DNA of 64,000 nucleotides from Savitreella phatthalungensis (lineage: Eukaryota): assembly GCA_051599415.1 (NCBI GenBank), contig AP039705.1, positions 124,001-188,000 on the forward strand, written 5' to 3'. Below the pieces are notes generated by a model. The model searched no databases and was not told the DNA's origin. It was given only the letters and a program-made list of their open reading frames with translations. Positions 1-10,206 of this stretch are shown here, piece by piece (within the stretch, counting starts at the first letter, position 1; every line of letters begins with the position of its first letter). The position numbers and the translations under genes were made by a program.

Positions 1-890
1 GGCAGTAGATCATGGTCTCGACAGGCGTCGTACCCATAGTTGCCCGCAGACGTGACGATCGGAATGTCGTGCGAGAGAACGGCTTCGAAGGCAGTACGGA
101 CCGCTTCATCGTCCCTTAAACGAAATGAGGCGTTTAGAATTGTCCTTCTAACCCGAGCGTGCTGAATCACCCAGAGGATAGCATCGTGGACGGACTTGCT
201 GGTTGGCTCGCCGACGGCAGGAAAGATCTTGAGGGAGATGAGATGGCAGAATTTACATACACCAAGGGTCGAGCTTCCGATCAGTCCTGCTGTGCAGGTG
301 CCGTGGCCATGCTTGTCCGATGAGTCTAATGCATGCTTCTCTATCTCGACAAAGTTTGTCGACGGCAGGGCCAGACATCGGCCTTCAAAGTCAATATGGC
401 GGCAGTGAATGCCGGAGTCCATGATCAGGACATCGACTGACGATTTTGGGATGCTGCGGTCCCACCAATATGAGTAGACACGCTCCCTGACTCGTTCCGT
501 ATCTTGCACAGGACCCGGGGTTGTGATCCGCTCGAGATTCCACGTCGCCTTGTCTTGTCTCACAAAGTCGCGCTCGAGTCCTCCCGAGAGCTGATTTGGA
601 GAAACAGAGATACCCCGGAGAGCCGCGAGCGAGAATATCAGACTCTGCGAATTCGCATCATCGATCAGCGCAGCATTGAGGCCTTGTGCTATCCATGTCT
701 TCCGAGGCTCACCAATGCGCAGCTGGAGACTTGGATGAAGTAGCTCAAACACCGGTTGAGTACTTCGAGAGCTCACAACCCATGAAGGCGATTGTTGCTG
801 AAGAGCATACATGAAAATGCGCTGACAGCCTGGAAAGACATCGTATCCGTTATAAACGATCTGTTGATGGGCGAGAAGCCAGAGAGCCAC
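1..890 (-). CDS. Subtilisin/proteinase K-like serine protease (S8), 3' end truncated by window edge; 5' end uncertain (probably spliced)
   Basis: Manual minus-strand translation (not in ORF track): ATWNLERIT...YSYWWD...VDVLIMDSGIHC (catalytic Asp)...DKHGHGTCTAGLIGS (catalytic His)...IVTSAGNYGYDAC (oxyanion Asn). The frame is open from about 890 to the left edge. Confidence 0.85.
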   Translation of the reverse strand, partial: MALWLLAHQQIVYNGYDVFPGCQRIFMYALQQQSPSWVVSSRSTQPVFELLHPSLQLRIGEPRKTWIAQGLNAALIDDANSQSLIFSLAALRGISVSPNQLSGGLERDFVRQDKATWNLERITTPGPVQDTERVRERVYSYWWDRSIPKSSVDVLIMDSGIHCRHIDFEGRCLALPSTNFVEIEKHALDSSDKHGHGTCTAGLIGSSTLGVCKFCHLISLKIFPAVGEPTSKSVHDAILWVIQHARVRRTILNASFRLRDDEAVRTAFEAVLSHDIPIVTSAGNYGYDACRDHDLL

Positions 891-1203
891 TCATTACAGT
901 GTAGAACATGCTTCGTGCTGAGCCGCAGGTGGGCATCATTGTGGTATCCGGGAGAGCCCATCGAAAGCCCAATTTACAAATGACTCGTGTTGATTTGGTG
1001 TGCCGTGACGCAGACTAATTTCGGATGCGTGAGGATGACTGCATGATAAACACCTCTGTCAGGTGACGGGCCGCGTTGTATTATTTATACATTCATCAGC
1101 TCTAAATGAGACGCCACCCAACCAGATACAGGTCGCCACGTTCTCCTCCTGAAAAGACTGGACTTTTGTACTTTACTCTGCCTTTCGATCGGATCAAATC
1201 AGA

Positions 1204-2637
1204 TCAGACGGATGGCGACGGAAGCGGCATACTGACGCGGGACGTCTCCGCCGAAATTGAGATAGAGTCTGCAAAGTCGCGCATGCGGCTGCCTTTGCGA
1301 CTGTTGTTGCTGCCGCTCCTGCTACTGCCACTCCGGCTGCTGTAGCTGTTGTCGCTACTCTTACCACTGCCGCTGCGACTACTAAAACCGCCAGTCACGC
1401 TGGAATCCGATCCTGAACCAGCCTCATCCGCACTCACCCTGCTCACCACAACGCCTTGTAGTTTGAGGTTGCTTGTGTCAGCAGGGACTCCTTTGATCTG
1501 ATTGAATGCGCCTGTGACTACTAACAGTCTTTTCAGCATACTTGCACCGATATCGCGATGCTTTGAAAGCCATGCAGCTGCGACGCCAGCCGCGAAAGCC
1601 GACGCATATGAGGTCCCGGTGTCGTGAGATAAAGTCAACTTGTCACCCGTTGAGGGAGCATAGACGCCGAGGATGTCTACCGCCGGCGCAAGGACGTCGA
1701 CACACGCTCCATGTCCAGACCAACCCCAAAATCGATCGAGAGCATCATGGCCACCGACTGTGAAAATCTCACTCGAGCGCGCAATCTGACGTTTGCATGC
1801 ATCGTGTCCGGAATTTCCTGCCGGAACAACGGTCATCAAGTTGGCTGTCATTGCGAGGTTCTCAAACGCTGCTGTCAGGAATGCATCACCGCGCTTGACC
1901 CTGCGAGCGAATGAGACAACACCGCGACGATTCGTTGTCTCAGCACGCTTTTTGATCAAGTCCAGGGCGGATAGTAGATCTCTTGCGCGCTCAGAGCTCC
2001 GTCTGAACATGCCAAGTTGAACAGAGACAATATTCGCCTTGGTAGCCACACCCCATGGTTTTGAGGCGATGAGTGAGGCCATAGAAGTACCGTGACCGTC
2101 ATAGTATGGTCGGTTGCTGCTGTCTCTGGATATACAGGTTGCTCGACCGCCGAAGATGATATTCTCACAGTCGACACCAGAGTCGAGGACAATTGCGTCC
2201 ACATCCTGACCTAAGTGATGGCGATCGTAGAAGTATTTGTAGATTGGGGTGATCGCATTAAGCTCAAGATCGTCACTCGCATCTGTCTTATGGCTTGACA
2301 CCCGCACAGGTCCTCTGAAGCTGAGCGATTGAAGTGGCCATGTCTTGTATCGACTCAGGCCGATGGGCTCGAGATCGAGTTCCGTCGTCTCCAGTGTGAC
2401 GCCTCGAGTGAAAGCAAGAGAAGCAAGAATGGCTCGAGGAGTATCTTCATCGAGAACAAAGCCATTCAATACAGAGTACGTTGGTGGCCGTATTGGTAGT
2501 TGTGTGCGCGAGTGAACGAGCCTGTGGAGCGCGATCATGCTTCCAGAATGTACAACGAAGGCTCGTGAAGGATCTGATTCCGTGCTGGCCAGAATTTCTC
2601 GGGCCTGCAAACCGAATATCCAGAGCCAGACGCACAT
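1204..2637 (-). CDS. Subtilisin/proteinase K-like serine protease (S8) with Ser-rich C-terminal tail; true start may lie in an upstream exon
   Basis: VLDSG (Asp), GHGTSMASLI (His), VPAGNSGHDAC (oxyanion), GACVDVLAP, GTSYAS (Ser). A possible CTGATAG acceptor sits just upstream of the ATG. Confidence 0.9.
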   Translation of the reverse strand: MCVWLWIFGLQAREILASTESDPSRAFVVHSGSMIALHRLVHSRTQLPIRPPTYSVLNGFVLDEDTPRAILASLAFTRGVTLETTELDLEPIGLSRYKTWPLQSLSFRGPVRVSSHKTDASDDLELNAITPIYKYFYDRHHLGQDVDAIVLDSGVDCENIIFGGRATCISRDSSNRPYYDGHGTSMASLIASKPWGVATKANIVSVQLGMFRRSSERARDLLSALDLIKKRAETTNRRGVVSFARRVKRGDAFLTAAFENLAMTANLMTVVPAGNSGHDACKRQIARSSEIFTVGGHDALDRFWGWSGHGACVDVLAPAVDILGVYAPSTGDKLTLSHDTGTSYASAFAAGVAAAWLSKHRDIGASMLKRLLVVTGAFNQIKGVPADTSNLKLQGVVVSRVSADEAGSGSDSSVTGGFSSRSGSGKSSDNSYSSRSGSSRSGSNNSRKGSRMRDFADSISISAETSRVSMPLPSPSV

Positions 2638-2639
2638 TC

Positions 2640-3642
2640 TATCAGGATGAACGATCGATCATCAGAGAAGCAGCACCATAAGCATTTGTAGTTTGTCTTG
2701 TCGAGTAGATGATGAAGTGATGCCGGTAATCTAGCCCTGCTTCCTCGTCTTCCACGAGCAGGGTATTTTCTCCCGAAGCAACTGCTCCAGGATGGACAGG
2801 ATGCGTGACATGCAGGAGCTTATGCGGGTATACGTGGTCATCAGACATGAGCTGGTCAAAGGTCTATTTTGGTCTATTTTGGGCCACAGTGAGCGGATTT
2901 GATTGCCGTTCAGGGAACTTAAGCCCAAGCCTGCGTGACCAAGCACGGTGGCGATGAAGCTTACAAGCACTGAAACATGGTGGATGTTGAACCTTGTGAG
3001 GATCATACTGGCATACTGGCTGAGCAAATCCAGGCAAGAAGAGTCGTTGGGAGTAGCTGTTTTAGATCGGATGATGAGGGATACTCAATGACGTCAAACC
3101 CTCGCAGGGTGTTCTCAAAGATGACTGATTGATGCTTATGAGAGGTTGATCCAGATATAACTTACCAATTTCCTGGATTCTCCGATCGAGCGTGCTCTAT
3201 AAAACGATGGCAATACGGCCTCTTTGAGGTTAGGCTTGACTCGCATGTCGTAGTGAAATCCAGCATGACAAGGATAAACCGGAAGCTGTGTCGAACGTTG
3301 AGAGCGATCTTGACAGCGACTGTTCCAAATACATGATGTTTAAGTCTGATGCTCTTTGGTTGAGAACTGAATGCATAACTCACGCGACCAAAGAACGCGA
3401 CTGCACAATCGTGTCAGACTTTTTTAGAGCTTCGTCGAACGAATGAGCGGATACGGCGGTGATCCAGGTCGGACACGTGGGAGTAAGAAAGTATACTGAC
3501 AAAGTGTTCCATGAACCGACTCGTCGAATTCATCCTCAACTGTCCATTCGAACAACTCGCGTGACTGATAGTGTGGCGTGACCTGCTGTTCGAACAACTC
3601 GTGGATCGACTGAATGCGAACGATCTGCGGATCTGAAGCCAT
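2640..3642 (-). CDS. Putative multi-exon gene of unknown function, or 5' exons of the subtilase
   Basis: Chain of splice-like signals on the minus strand: CTGAC..CAG acceptor at 3401, GTGAGT donor 3383, CAG 3320, GTAAGT 3165, CAG 3125, GTAAGC 2964. Joined frames read MASDPQIVRIQ...IFENTLRGFDVIEYPLIIRSK...; no family recognised. Confidence 0.3.
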
Positions 3643-4608
3643 CGTTGGGTATGCATGACCAATTTTCACTTTGTCTGACTTTGATTATTTGTGAAGCTAA
3701 GCTCAGGTGATTGCCTCGTGGCAATCTCAAGCATATGTGACGTATTTACACGTGTCATGTGAACGGTTTCACCTTTCGAATCCATTCCGAGCCGCGTGGA
3801 GACGGTGATTTGCAAATGACCTCAGGTGAGTGGCAACTCATACCGTGGGTTCTCAAGATGTCTTGCACATCTTTACAGCATCACGTCCATCTCTTGCCGT
3901 CCCTTGATGTGCTTTAAAGAGTCCTGTGTGACCTGCGATCAGTCAGAGACTTCAACCCTTCTTCCGTTGGGCGTAGGGTTTCTCCCAAGCACTCCCGATG
4001 ACCAAGGACGCGCAACTGTCTTCCAGCTGCGGTGTATTCGTTACCACTGGCGGTTCCCGATGACGCGTGTAGCATTCGGCAGGCAGGACAGCTTACACGC
4101 ACGCGCTCCATTCTGCTTGCTAATCGGTCGCACAGACCCTTTCTGATAGGAACTTGATTGTGTCCTATCGTCTCCTTGCTCGCCGATGTCGGCGCAGCAG
4201 CATTCATGTCCACGCACCACGTGTCACGTAAACAAGGTGAGCCCGGCCGGATCCGAGGAATGCCAATTCATCGCTCGGACAGGATCAAGGGAATGTCGCT
4301 AGGCGGGCAGTATAGCCATACGCAAGCACATAACTTAGCTGCTGCACAGGAACGGCTCCATCACTCAAGATTATCCTACTTTGGTCCTCATACACGTCTA
4401 TTATAGGCCAAAAGTCGCAGTGGCGGACATACATATTACTTCCTTCTCTTCTCCCGAAGCGCGGAATAACGTCTAGGCATGGCGTACTACTTCTAGAACG
4501 AACAGTATTGATTATTGACCACCAACGCCCCTCTGGAACCCTTGCACCCAAATCTTTATCCACTCTCTCATTCAAAATATCCAGCTTACGAAGCGTGACA
4601 TCGCACTG

Positions 4609-6372
4609 ATGCGTCGCGCGCTCATCTTAGTAATTGTCTCGGCGACAACGATCTTGAGCACCGTCTCGGCGAGCTGCCTGCCCCTGAATAGCTCACAGCT
4701 ATGCAAGGGCTTTGCCGGTGGTGGCGCCGTATTGACGGATGTGCTGTACGATTGGAGCGTCGTTCCTGGAGAATTCAATCTGTCGGCACTGCCGGCGTCA
4801 ACCTCGGCCGCGGTCGTGCACGGGGTCAGCCAAGATAACATCGACCTCTTGATAGGCAGCTGGTTCAATAGCACGTACTTGCCCTTCCTATCAGTCAACG
4901 TCATGGGCTGTCACGACCCAGAAGGTACATCCCTGAGCTCGAAGCACCAACAAGCAGACGACGTTCAGAAACGCTCTGTGCCACCGACGCCGACGTCCAC
5001 ATCGCAAGCTAGCCCTCCACCGCCACGTAACACTTCGATCTACCCACGCTATGCGCTCACGAATGCTTGCTCGGCGATCGTTCGGGCGAGCGCGGCGCGC
5101 GGATGTGGAAGCGGTGCCGCTTCTGGTCTGCTCTGTGACCGCGGGTGCGGGATGATGGAGGATGCTGTGAGACGAGTCACTGGAGAATGGGCTTGCGGAG
5201 GAACTGCGACCGTGCCAGCGTCGATGCAGGCATGTGCAAGCGCTGCAACTTCCTCGGCAGCTTGTGTAGCCCCGGAAACAAACGAGGACCAGGCCTGTGG
5301 ATTTGCGAATAACATTGCCGACCTGTGCGTGACATGCACGCTGTCGCGGATGCAGCGCCGACAGGGAGCATCAAATTCCACGAACGACAGCCTGTTCGAG
5401 TGCTGCAAGACTGCCGATTGTCCCGACCTGACGCTTTCGGAGGTATCTGCTGCACTTGCACAAGTATCTGCTGCGCCAGTAACAACCTCGACCGAAGCGA
5501 CGCTCGCAGCACCGACTCGGACGGCATCTGTCGATGATAATGATGAGCCGCAGAGCGGGAGAACTCGCGCGACCGGTATCCTCGCTGCCGGGAACGTTTC
5601 TGTCGATGGATCCGTGGATAGGCACATCGCCACAGCTACTGGCTCGTCTGTGCCAACTACTAATCCAGGTAAGGACAAGTTTGCGAGCGCGAGTGACAGG
5701 TCCACGTCCGCGAGTCACAAAGTATCGTTCGCGATCGGGATTGTGTGTGCAATCTTGGCCGTGTGGCTAGCGATGACGGGCGCAATCGCGTGGCGTAAAG
5801 CGCAAGCTCGGAAGTTGGAGAAGGCGAAAGTGATCGAGGTTGATGGTGTGGGTGAGAAAGGTGGTCCAGGTGATGCTGGTGCCGGAGAAAACTCGGGTAT
5901 CTGTCCCCCATCGAGTTGGTCATCTATGACGAGCATCGCAGACCCTGAAGGACGTGCCGGGGAAGAGATCGGGTTTCTGGCACGAGGCGCAGGACGGCAC
6001 GCGAGGAGGGAGACAGGACGGGCAGGGAACAGCATCGAGATGAGGTTTCGATCGCTAGTTGACGCGCTGCCACGACCTCGAGGCGTGTCGCCTTCGCCGT
6101 CGGCGCCAGGTCGCCTTGTCGGTGGTGGAGCACGAACACCGACACCGCAACCGACGCTCGATCGCGGGACGCTGTCTGTGCCCCCACCACTATGGGACGC
6201 GCCGAGATCCGGTGGATCATCGATGCCACCTCCACACATGCCGCCGGCGCCACCGCTCGCAAGACGGAGGCAGCCACGAGAGAAAGACCTGCCGCCGGTT
6301 CCACCGGTACCCGAACGCTATAGCCACGCCAGCAATACCCTCGCTGTACCGCTCTCAACTCAGCCAAGCTAG
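4609..6372 (+). CDS. Type I membrane protein: signal peptide, Cys-rich (Frizzled-CRD-like) ectodomain, Ser/Thr stalk, one TM helix, Pro-rich cytoplasmic tail
   Basis: Hydrophobic N-terminus; Cys pattern CLPL..LCKGF / YPRYALTNAC / LCDRGC / NEDQACGF..LCVTC / CC; TM segment FAIGIVCAILAVWLAMTGAIAW followed by RK; PPxP-rich tail. Confidence 0.75.
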   Translation: MRRALILVIVSATTILSTVSASCLPLNSSQLCKGFAGGGAVLTDVLYDWSVVPGEFNLSALPASTSAAVVHGVSQDNIDLLIGSWFNSTYLPFLSVNVMGCHDPEGTSLSSKHQQADDVQKRSVPPTPTSTSQASPPPPRNTSIYPRYALTNACSAIVRASAARGCGSGAASGLLCDRGCGMMEDAVRRVTGEWACGGTATVPASMQACASAATSSAACVAPETNEDQACGFANNIADLCVTCTLSRMQRRQGASNSTNDSLFECCKTADCPDLTLSEVSAALAQVSAAPVTTSTEATLAAPTRTASVDDNDEPQSGRTRATGILAAGNVSVDGSVDRHIATATGSSVPTTNPGKDKFASASDRSTSASHKVSFAIGIVCAILAVWLAMTGAIAWRKAQARKLEKAKVIEVDGVGEKGGPGDAGAGENSGICPPSSWSSMTSIADPEGRAGEEIGFLARGAGRHARRETGRAGNSIEMRFRSLVDALPRPRGVSPSPSAPGRLVGGGARTPTPQPTLDRGTLSVPPPLWDAPRSGGSSMPPPHMPPAPPLARRRQPREKDLPPVPPVPERYSHASNTLAVPLSTQPS

Positions 6373-7541
6373 AGATGTCCTTTTACAGGCGATGCTTCCT
6401 GAACTGCGTCGAAGAAGCTGGCGATCTGGCGGCACATGAATTGGCGATCGCGTACGATTCCTCCACCTCCTGCGATATGTCCCCAATCCGAGTCGATGAT
6501 TGCGAGCCTGGAGACTTTGGGGTGTGTGCGGGTCTTGAGAGCTTCGTACTCTGCTTTGGCATCGTCGACTGTGAAGTAGGCGTCTGTGCTGCCTGGCATG
6601 ACGAGGACGTGGTCAGTGATTCGGTTTTTGAGGACTTCGTCGACGGACTCTCTGTCCTTGAAGTCCTGTGACTGCGACGCTGCGCGGAGCAGGATCTCCT
6701 TGGCGCGCGGGTCCTCTGCACGGACGCTGAAATCCACATCGGCCGGAACTCCCTGGAGGAACCCGATGGTTCCGAGCTGCCAGGTCCTCGACAGATGCAG
6801 CAGATCCTGTGCATCCCAGCCCGCCCAGCCTTCCCACTGAGCCTTCAAATACGCATCGACGTCGTCGTACTTTGGCGCAGACGCTGACCCAAACTCCTTG
6901 TCGAGCGACGTCCACGTCTTGCTGGCGAACCACCCCGGAGAGAGGGCCCAGGCCGAGTATGCCCTGCCGAAGGCTGCAAGTCCTCTCGCTGGCCTTCCCT
7001 CGTACTTGCCGTCGTTGTAGTCTGCGGATGCGAGGAGGGCGTTGCGTGGACCTTCGAGGAAGACGTAGTTGTGCCATGAGGTTGCAGCGGATGAGCAGAT
7101 GGTGATGCCTGCGTTGAAGAAGCCCGGGAACATGGCGAGGTGGTGGTATACCTGCTGACCTCCCATGGAGAATCCGACGACGGCCTTGCACTTGTCCACG
7201 CCGAGGTGGCTTGTCAGAAGCAGGTGCTGGAGTCGAACGTTGTCTGCGTACGTCGTCACGGGGAAACCCAATCGCCCATCACCACCCTCCATGTGCGACG
7301 GACTCGACGACTCACCATTGCACAGCAACGCAACCACCACGACAAAGTGCTTCGCAGGATCTAACGGTTCTCCTTCTGCAATAAAACAAGTCGTTCCTTC
7401 CAACTTACCACCGTAGCACGTCGGTTGGAGAATACACGGGAGTGATCGATCGCCGTAGGTTCTGTAGGCGAGCACTAGATCTGCTGATTGACCTGAGGCG
7501 AGTGGGAAGTCATCTGCTTTGAAGTATTGCGTTTCCGGCAT
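6369..7541 (-). CDS. Alpha/beta hydrolase, homoserine O-acetyltransferase (MetX)-like family
   Basis: LAYRTYG, GESSSPS, nucleophile elbow VVGFSMGGQ, GSTDAYF (Asp), WGHIAGGG (His). Confidence 0.85.
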   Translation of the reverse strand: MPETQYFKADDFPLASGQSADLVLAYRTYGDRSLPCILQPTCYGGKLEGTTCFIAEGEPLDPAKHFVVVVALLCNGESSSPSHMEGGDGRLGFPVTTYADNVRLQHLLLTSHLGVDKCKAVVGFSMGGQQVYHHLAMFPGFFNAGITICSSAATSWHNYVFLEGPRNALLASADYNDGKYEGRPARGLAAFGRAYSAWALSPGWFASKTWTSLDKEFGSASAPKYDDVDAYLKAQWEGWAGWDAQDLLHLSRTWQLGTIGFLQGVPADVDFSVRAEDPRAKEILLRAASQSQDFKDRESVDEVLKNRITDHVLVMPGSTDAYFTVDDAKAEYEALKTRTHPKVSRLAIIDSDWGHIAGGGGIVRDRQFMCRQIASFFDAVQEASPVKGHL

Positions 7542-7714
7542 GCTGTAGGTGGGGAATGAAGTGGAAGTGGAGGTTGGGGCGTATTATATATTTATGTGAT
7601 TGTGGGCGAATCGTCACGTCATGGGTCGCTTAGAATTGCCCATCGCTCGGCAATTTACATATACACACCTGTGTGGGGGAAAAGCGGAGGAAGAAATGTA
7701 TGTATCGTCATGAA

Positions 7715-9922
7715 CTAGCTGCGTACATGGATCGAGGGCTGCTGGACGTCGAATTTGAGAGCCTCACCGGAGTATCTCTTGGCCTTGGATCGATCGATCT
7801 CGTGTGGTTGCCAGATTGCAGCGACTGCCTTGTGCCACTGTGCTTCTGGGGAGAGGTATGTGTGGTTGGTGTACTGGAATACGTGTGAGGGTTTTGAATC
7901 TGCGTAGTCGTTGATGTGAAAGTGTTTGTTTTGGCCTACTGCCAGTGCGTTTCGCAGGTTGATGGAGAAGGTTCCTGGGATGACTCTGTGGAATGGGTGG
8001 GGACCTAGTTGACCGAGTTCGGCAATAAAGGAGTCGAGGTCGAACACTTGGGATCCTTTCACGCCGCCAGTGATTTGAGTGCGGGCGAGTGGGGTCGGAC
8101 GGCCGCCAAAGGCAACGGACGAGATGTTGTGGAAGAACAGGAGGGTGTTGGCGACCTGGGCACAGGTGGAGGCGCAGATGGCGTTGCTGACGAGGACGTA
8201 GTCGGTCGGTGAGTAGGGCGCGGTGTCGCGGAAGAGGTAGTCGCCAGCAGACGATGATGGCATCATCTCGTCCTCGAAGTCCGTCAGGTTAGCGTAGTAT
8301 GGTGCGCTCATCGGCGACATCAGACCGTTTGTCAGGCGAGAGATTGACACGTTCAGCTGGAAGGACATATCGGGCTCAGCCTGCCTGTCAGGGGTGGTCC
8401 AATTCATGTAGTACCAGGACGAGTCGTAGAATTTCTGCTGAAGGACTTGTGGGAGGACTGTGTCCTTGAGGAATGGCGGCACACGGTTGTCCTGTGCGAA
8501 TCCTGGGAAATCGTTCGGGAACAGGTGTAGGAGGAAGACGAATCCGAGACCGATGAAACCGCCACCGTTGCCGGTGAAGTCGATCACGATCTTCTGGACT
8601 CCTAGCTCGCGGAAGAGGCCGAGACCTTTGCGCATCGCGTGTGCAAAGTTGGCAACGTACTCGGTGGCATTCAGATCACTCTGGACAGAGTCCTCGAATG
8701 AGGCGACCTGGATGATGCCGATCGCCGGATCGTCCTGCTTCTGCCAGAAGTACATCGAGTCTCCGACCGATAAGAGAAGGGTCGAGTTAATTTGGAGAAG
8801 GTCCTTCCCGCGAGGCCAACCCTCTGCCTGCTTCGAGCTGTCGACCAGCTTGTCTTCGAATTTTGAAGAGATCTTCGCGCTCTGCATCCAGAACCGCGGG
8901 TTCCGGGGAGAAACGGTGCTGGTGGTTGTCGTCGTGGTCGTAGCGTTATGGCCGGGGGTTGCGCTCGATGGCTGCTTCTTTTTGTGGACAACACAGTTCT
9001 CGTCAAAGAAGGAGGCTGTGTCGTTAAACCTGAGACGCTCAACGTTGGCTGCTAGGAATGGAAGATCGACGTGTGAGTTATCGTCAAACTCGAGCTTGAT
9101 GTGAGACTCTGTATGATTCGGAAGGAGTCTGCGGACTGCAAAACGGCCGTAGCTGAGACGTGCTGGCGAGTAGGCGTAGTTGACGAGGAGCTGGTTGAAG
9201 CGGGCGTCCGGGGATTGGTATGAGAGCAAGCCTACGCCTGGGTCGTTGGCTAGTGCCAGCAGGTAGTCTATTGCTGGTCTGCCTTGGATGGCAACGACGC
9301 GCCTTCCGGCGTATCGAAGCAGGTCGATTCCAAGCCGCAGATACGCATGCTCGAGATCGAAGGCGGCGTCAGCGAGATAGGTTTTGAGCTCAGGCAGGAC
9401 CCTGATCTCAGCTGGCTCCGTGCTGTTCTCGGATTCTGCAAGCGAGACTAGAGGCAGACCTAGGACATAGCTGAATGCGGAGATGCAGTCTGGGAGGAAG
9501 ATGGTGTGGCCGTTGAAGAACTTGCCAAAGGCGACGTGGATGTCTGTGTTGAAGTCGATGTCTGTCTTGTAGTGTCCACTGATAGCCTTCTCGTGGATCT
9601 GCTTGATCTCCAGGTCGATGTCGACGTTGACAGAGTTGACTTCAGGGTTGCTCGAATGGATTGCGTATTCTTTCAGGGACTCGAAGGCGCCGAGGTTCTC
9701 TGCAAGCTGCCGCGTCAACGTCGCACGCGTCAGGTTGAAGGGCACAGTCCGGACGCATGCTCTGGCTCGTGCTACTGTCGTCACATTCGCGATGCTGAAG
9801 TCTGCAGAGACGAGCGTACATGGGTCTGTAATGACATCCTGCGCTGCTGCGAGTGGCGTGGCGAGCAGTGCCGCGAGCGGCAGGAATGCCGACAGCATCA
9901 GCGACAGCGGTGACCACGGCAT
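7715..9922 (-). CDS. Secreted fungal peptidase S41-family protein
   Basis: Signal peptide; FNGHT; IVIDFTGNGGG; LVSNAICASTCA (catalytic Ser motif); VAFGGRP; GGVKGSQV. Confidence 0.85.
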   Translation of the reverse strand: MPWSPLSLMLSAFLPLAALLATPLAAAQDVITDPCTLVSADFSIANVTTVARARACVRTVPFNLTRATLTRQLAENLGAFESLKEYAIHSSNPEVNSVNVDIDLEIKQIHEKAISGHYKTDIDFNTDIHVAFGKFFNGHTIFLPDCISAFSYVLGLPLVSLAESENSTEPAEIRVLPELKTYLADAAFDLEHAYLRLGIDLLRYAGRRVVAIQGRPAIDYLLALANDPGVGLLSYQSPDARFNQLLVNYAYSPARLSYGRFAVRRLLPNHTESHIKLEFDDNSHVDLPFLAANVERLRFNDTASFFDENCVVHKKKQPSSATPGHNATTTTTTTSTVSPRNPRFWMQSAKISSKFEDKLVDSSKQAEGWPRGKDLLQINSTLLLSVGDSMYFWQKQDDPAIGIIQVASFEDSVQSDLNATEYVANFAHAMRKGLGLFRELGVQKIVIDFTGNGGGFIGLGFVFLLHLFPNDFPGFAQDNRVPPFLKDTVLPQVLQQKFYDSSWYYMNWTTPDRQAEPDMSFQLNVSISRLTNGLMSPMSAPYYANLTDFEDEMMPSSSAGDYLFRDTAPYSPTDYVLVSNAICASTCAQVANTLLFFHNISSVAFGGRPTPLARTQITGGVKGSQVFDLDSFIAELGQLGPHPFHRVIPGTFSINLRNALAVGQNKHFHINDYADSKPSHVFQYTNHTYLSPEAQWHKAVAAIWQPHEIDRSKAKRYSGEALKFDVQQPSIHVRS

Positions 9923-10206
9923 GGCCTCACACTCGAAGAGGGACGGACTTTGTCAAGGAAAGGAAGAGAAGGGAAGAGGGGTCAGGTAGCGGATGTGCGG
10001 AGCATCTTATGCGTTTGATTAGCCGTTGACAAAGATCTCAAACGCATCGTGCGACTGCGACCGTCTCGCTCTTGCCGCTCTGCATCATGTCGTGTAGCAA
10101 AAATGTCATTGTCATAAGAATCATGTTCGATATGTGGAAGAAAGATGAAGGGATGGAGAGGGAGCGGGAAGGCATACAGGCGTGTAGGCGACGAGAGGAA
10201 TGATGA

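Noticed and set aside
7715..9922. Fungal RiPP cluster suggested by the UstP-like S41 peptidase
   Set aside because: No repeat-core precursor with KR sites and no DUF3328/UstY oxidase is visible in the window.
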